Source: Promethearchaeota archaeon (lineage in GTDB: Archaea; Asgardarchaeota; Lokiarchaeia; Sigyniarchaeales; SOKP01). From it: a stretch of 21,369 bases of DNA. The notes below the pieces were generated by a model that made no database searches, was not told the DNA's origin, and worked only from the letters and a program-made list of their open reading frames with translations. The stretch covers positions 1-21,369 of the forward strand of contig JBHLME010000079.1 of assembly GCA_048938445.1 (NCBI GenBank). Direction: 5' to 3'. Positions 18,149 to 21,369 of this stretch are shown here, one piece after another; the first letter of the stretch is position 1; every line of letters begins with the position of its first letter. A program made the position numbers and the translations under genes.

Positions 18149-20414
18149 ATCTAGCACCTCCTTCATTAGAATTTTTTAGAGCGGAATAAAGAGAAAAAAC
18201 TTGCATTAAAAATAGACCATCAGCCCCAATCTTTGCGTTTTGCGTTTGATTTCGAGCAATTAATAAAGCACTCTTGTTATTTTCAAAAAATTCTTTTAAT
18301 TGAGGCGAATGAATCATCCGCATCATTTCATTTTTAAATAATGTAAAACTTGTTGTACCTTCATCTTCGACCATACCCTTCAATATGAGATCTTTCTTAT
18401 TTTTAAATACATCATGAGAACGTTTGAATTGCAGGATATAATTATATACCCCTTGACAAAATCCATCAAAATCGTCAGGTTTAAATTCATGTCCTAACTC
18501 TCGGCTAAGCCCTACGACATCCATTTCGGCCCATCCTATATCAAGTCCCTTTAATGGAACGATATCAATGCCTTTTTCTCTAGCATTCGTGATTATCATA
18601 ATAGATTTCTCGGATTGTAGGGATCGAGATGTTGCTAAAAACAAAATTAAATCCGTTGAGTCTAGATTTTCATTCTCATCAGGTAAAATACCAAAAATTT
18701 CGCTTTGCATTTTTAAAAATTTCATTAAATCTTGTATTCGATGGGATTCGGCATCCTCTTCATCATATAAGATCATTACTGAAATGGAGGCTCTTTGACG
18801 ACAATAATCCAATATTGCAGGAGCATCCATTAATGCTATTTCTTTTTCATCAGGTGAGAATGGATTACCATCCAATTTTAAGGTTTTGAGTGAAGCCATT
18901 GGCCATATAAAATAGGGTAACGAGGAGAGATGGTTATTGGAAAGTTGAAGGGTAGTTAATTTCAGATTGATCAAGCTTTCGGGTAATTTAGTCAATTGAT
19001 TATTTCCCAACCAAAGAGTATTTAAAGAAGTTAATGACCCAATAGATTCCGGTAATTCGGCTATAAAATTAGAATTTAATAGAAACCACTGTATTGAGGT
19101 TAATCCACCAATGCATTCGGGTATCATCGTGATTTTATTAAAAGATAAGTCTAATTGCTTTAAAGAAGAAAGGTTACAAAGAGAATTAGGGATAGAGATT
19201 ATTTCATTCACTCTTAGATTTAGTGAATCTAAATTTGAAAAAGTTCCAATTGAATTTGGAATTTTGATTAAATGATTATTTTCAAAAGAGGCTTTTGTTA
19301 GATTTTTGAGTTGTCCAAATTTTTCAGGTAAAGTCTCAAGTTCATTTTTTTCACAATCAAGTTCTTTAAGACTTAAAAGGTCGCAAAAAGAATCAGGCAG
19401 TCTTTCTAACTTGTTTTCTTTCAAGTTTAAATATTCTAATGAGGTCAATGTTCCAAACGAAGGGGGCAGAGCAATAAGTTGGTTATTTGTCAAGACAATT
19501 TCTTTTAAAGATTTTAAGCCTCCCAAAGAATCGGGTAATTTTTCCAATTGGTTCCATTGAAGGTTAAAATTTTTTAGGGAAGAGAGGTTTCCAAAGCTTG
19601 AGGGTAACTTTTCAATTGCACAAGTTTGAGCGTCTAAAGACACTAAATTATTAAGATTACCGATGTTTTCGGGTAAAGTTTTGATCTTGTTCCAAGAAAC
19701 AGAAAAAGATTTTAGGTTTTGAAGGTTTCCTATGCTTTCAGGTAATTCTTCGATCTCGTTTTGCTGTAATTGAAGCACTTGTAACTTACCTAAGGATCCT
19801 ATCGTGCTTGGTAATGTTTTAAGATGGCATTTTATTATAGTAAGATTTTTTAAATTGTCCAAAGCCCCTAGTGAATCGGGTAGTGAAGCAATTTCTTCAT
19901 TTTCAAGACAAAGCCCTATAATTCTATTTTTCATGCTTATATACCCAAAATTAGCCATGGCCGGAACCTGATCACTATCTTGGCTAAAAGTTTCCTTAAT
20001 TTGCTTTCGTTGTTGGATCTGCTGTTTTATTTGCTGGGTCATTTGTTTAGCAAGTTGTTTAGCTCTATCACCATCAAGTTCCATCATTTGCTTCATTTGA
20101 ATGACTGTTGGATGATTTTCTCCTAGAGTAGATATGATGTTATCAAGTTGTGCTTTCATTTGAGCTTTATACTCTGGTGTCGCCATTGAAAGATAGTAAT
20201 TTTCATAGTATTGCTCCATTTCTTCCATTGACATTTGTTCCAGTTGTTTCCATTGAGCATCTTGAGCCGTTTGAGCACTATTAGCCTGGTTCAATGATTT
20301 ATCTCTATTCTCAATGCAAGGAATGGATTTTCCAAGCTTTTTTTCTAATTCTTCAAGAAAACTAGCTTCTTTATTGATTAAAGAATTGCCATTATAATCT
20401 TTTAATTCTTCCAA
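18141..20414 (-). CDS. LRR protein with degenerate TIR: N-terminal Gln/Met-rich insert, ~15-16 LRRs, pseudo-TIR, C-terminal helical domain
   Basis: Same 23-aa LRR consensus. The C-terminal part aligns by eye to the neighbour's TIR (TDLILFLAT..IVPLKG..W...GLS...DDFDGFC). TTG start; stop overlaps the neighbour's start (ATGAGTAA). Confidence 0.85.
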   Translation of the reverse strand: MEELKDYNGNSLINKEASFLEELEKKLGKSIPCIENRDKSLNQANSAQTAQDAQWKQLEQMSMEEMEQYYENYYLSMATPEYKAQMKAQLDNIISTLGENHPTVIQMKQMMELDGDRAKQLAKQMTQQIKQQIQQRKQIKETFSQDSDQVPAMANFGYISMKNRIIGLCLENEEIASLPDSLGALDNLKNLTIIKCHLKTLPSTIGSLGKLQVLQLQQNEIEELPESIGNLQNLKSFSVSWNKIKTLPENIGNLNNLVSLDAQTCAIEKLPSSFGNLSSLKNFNLQWNQLEKLPDSLGGLKSLKEIVLTNNQLIALPPSFGTLTSLEYLNLKENKLERLPDSFCDLLSLKELDCEKNELETLPEKFGQLKNLTKASFENNHLIKIPNSIGTFSNLDSLNLRVNEIISIPNSLCNLSSLKQLDLSFNKITMIPECIGGLTSIQWFLLNSNFIAELPESIGSLTSLNTLWLGNNQLTKLPESLINLKLTTLQLSNNHLSSLPYFIWPMASLKTLKLDGNPFSPDEKEIALMDAPAILDYCRQRASISVMILYDEEDAESHRIQDLMKFLKMQSEIFGILPDENENLDSTDLILFLATSRSLQSEKSIMIITNAREKGIDIVPLKGLDIGWAEMDVVGLSRELGHEFKPDDFDGFCQGVYNYILQFKRSHDVFKNKKDLILKGMVEDEGTTSFTLFKNEMMRMIHSPQLKEFFENNKSALLIARNQTQNAKIGADGLFLMQVFSLYSALKNSNEGGARYE

Positions 20415-21135
20415 GTGATAATCTCAATCCTCTTTTTTCTTCTATAATTAGAATTTTATTTCAATATTTAAAATAAATTAAATTTCAATCTCATTTTCAA
20501 ACTTTCATTTTTAAGTGAATATTAAATAAAATTCATTTTTTTTAAATATGAAAATTTCTATAATAGTGATCTAATAATGTCGTTTAGAAATTTTTATATA
20601 TTTGTTTTTTTCAGATAATAACAAAAATAAAGGTAAAATTACGAAATAATTTAAAACTAATGGAGATAGTTTCTTTCCATTTGAAACCTTTATTGTTTAA
20701 ATGGTATGATAAGATAAACATTTCTAACAAGAACAATTCCAAACCATTTCCCGAATCTCAGATTGAGATCATAATAAATTTTAGTAGTAATTATTTTATT
20801 AAAATTATTGATTATCCAATTATATCTCCAATATATTTATTATTTTCTATAACAATATTTTGGTAAATCATACTTTTTTATCGTCAGAAATCAACAATAA
20901 TTTTTTCATTTAAAATGATCCATTTTTAACACAATTTTAAGCGACGTGAGCTCAAAATTTAAAAAAAAATGTGTCAAATTCTTTCTTTAGATTTTTAAAA
21001 AAAAAAAATCCATAATCTGTATAGATTTTTATTTATAAATCTATTGCTTAAATGGGTGTTTATTATATAGGAATTGAAAAAATTTATAAATACAAAATTT
21101 ATATTTGTTATAATTAAATTGTTTAAAAATGTATC

Positions 21136-21160
21136 AAAAAAAAACAATTTATATAGATAA
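21136..21160 (+). promoter_or_regulatory. Candidate BRE/TATA promoter of the actin gene
   Basis: A-rich run followed by TTTATATA (21148-21155), about 70 nt upstream of the ATG. Several similar AT-rich motifs nearby make the assignment uncertain. Confidence 0.3.
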
Positions 21161-21226
21161 ACTTTCTTATAATATTTACACTGAAAAAATAATTTACAAA
21201 AAAATATAAAAAAAAGGCTGAGTAAA

Positions 21227-21369
21227 ATGGCAGAAGAAGAAAGCTTTTTAAATGCTAAAGCACTTGTAGTAGATAACGGTACAGGTATCAGCAAGAATGG
21301 ATTCGCTGGTGAGGATCAACCACGATCTGTATTTCCAACACTCATCGGATATCCAAAATACGAAAGTAT
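21227..21369 (+). CDS. Actin (Asgard/Lokiactin-like), 5' end truncated by window end
   Basis: Reads [47 protein letters not shown], matching the actin phosphate-1 region (eukaryotic ALVxDNGSGxxKAGFAGDDAPRAVFPSIVG) with an acidic N-terminus. Unlike MreB, FtsA or ParM. Not in the ORF track. Confidence 0.95.
   Translation, partial: MAEEESFLNAKALVVDNGTGISKNGFAGEDQPRSVFPTLIGYPKYES

Noticed and set aside
16590-19560. Plus-strand ORFs inside the LRR genes
   Set aside because: Antisense shadows of Leu/Asn/Glu-rich repeat codons.
16420-19925. Periodic ~69-bp pattern as a possible CRISPR array or DNA tandem repeat
   Set aside because: The periodicity is the 23-aa LRR unit. Nucleotide copies are diverged and there is no repeat-spacer structure or cas gene.
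15662-20414. True membrane Toll-like receptor or NLR
   Set aside because: No signal peptide, transmembrane helix or P-loop/NB-ARC/NACHT motif. The resemblance is in domain order only.
20660-20866. 68-aa ORF in the LRR-actin spacer
   Set aside because: Ile/Asn/Lys/Phe-rich composition expected from AT-rich DNA, with no clear SD or domain. It cannot be fully excluded.
20995-21294. 99-aa minus-strand ORF
   Set aside because: Antisense to the actin start and its promoter region; low complexity from A/T runs.

Overview
AT-rich prokaryotic window, most likely from an Asgard archaeon (Lokiarchaeia-like). This is inferred from a eukaryote-like actin gene sitting beside archaeal-type Hdr operons with Shine-Dalgarno-led, overlapping genes. 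1-15588 (+) holds two flavin/Fe-S redox operons. Operon 1 is the 3' end of an hdrA, an mvhD with a C-terminal winged-helix-like extension, a double-FAD hdrA, mvhD/flxD-flxC-flxB-flxA and an frhB-family gene. Operon 2 is hdrD-like, short hdrA, mvhD and a double-FAD hdrA. No hydrogenase catalytic subunits or stand-alone hdrB/hdrC are in the window. 15662-20414 (-) is a two-gene operon of paralogous soluble LRR-TIR proteins. One TIR keeps the catalytic Glu motif; the other is a pseudo-TIR and its protein carries an extra Gln/Met-rich inserted domain. 21227-21369 (+) is the 5' end of an actin (Lokiactin-like) gene missed by the ORF track, divergent from the LRR-TIR pair. The LRR-TIR pair is the best candidate for an undescribed immune or signalling system. 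All calls come from reading motifs by eye; no searches were run.
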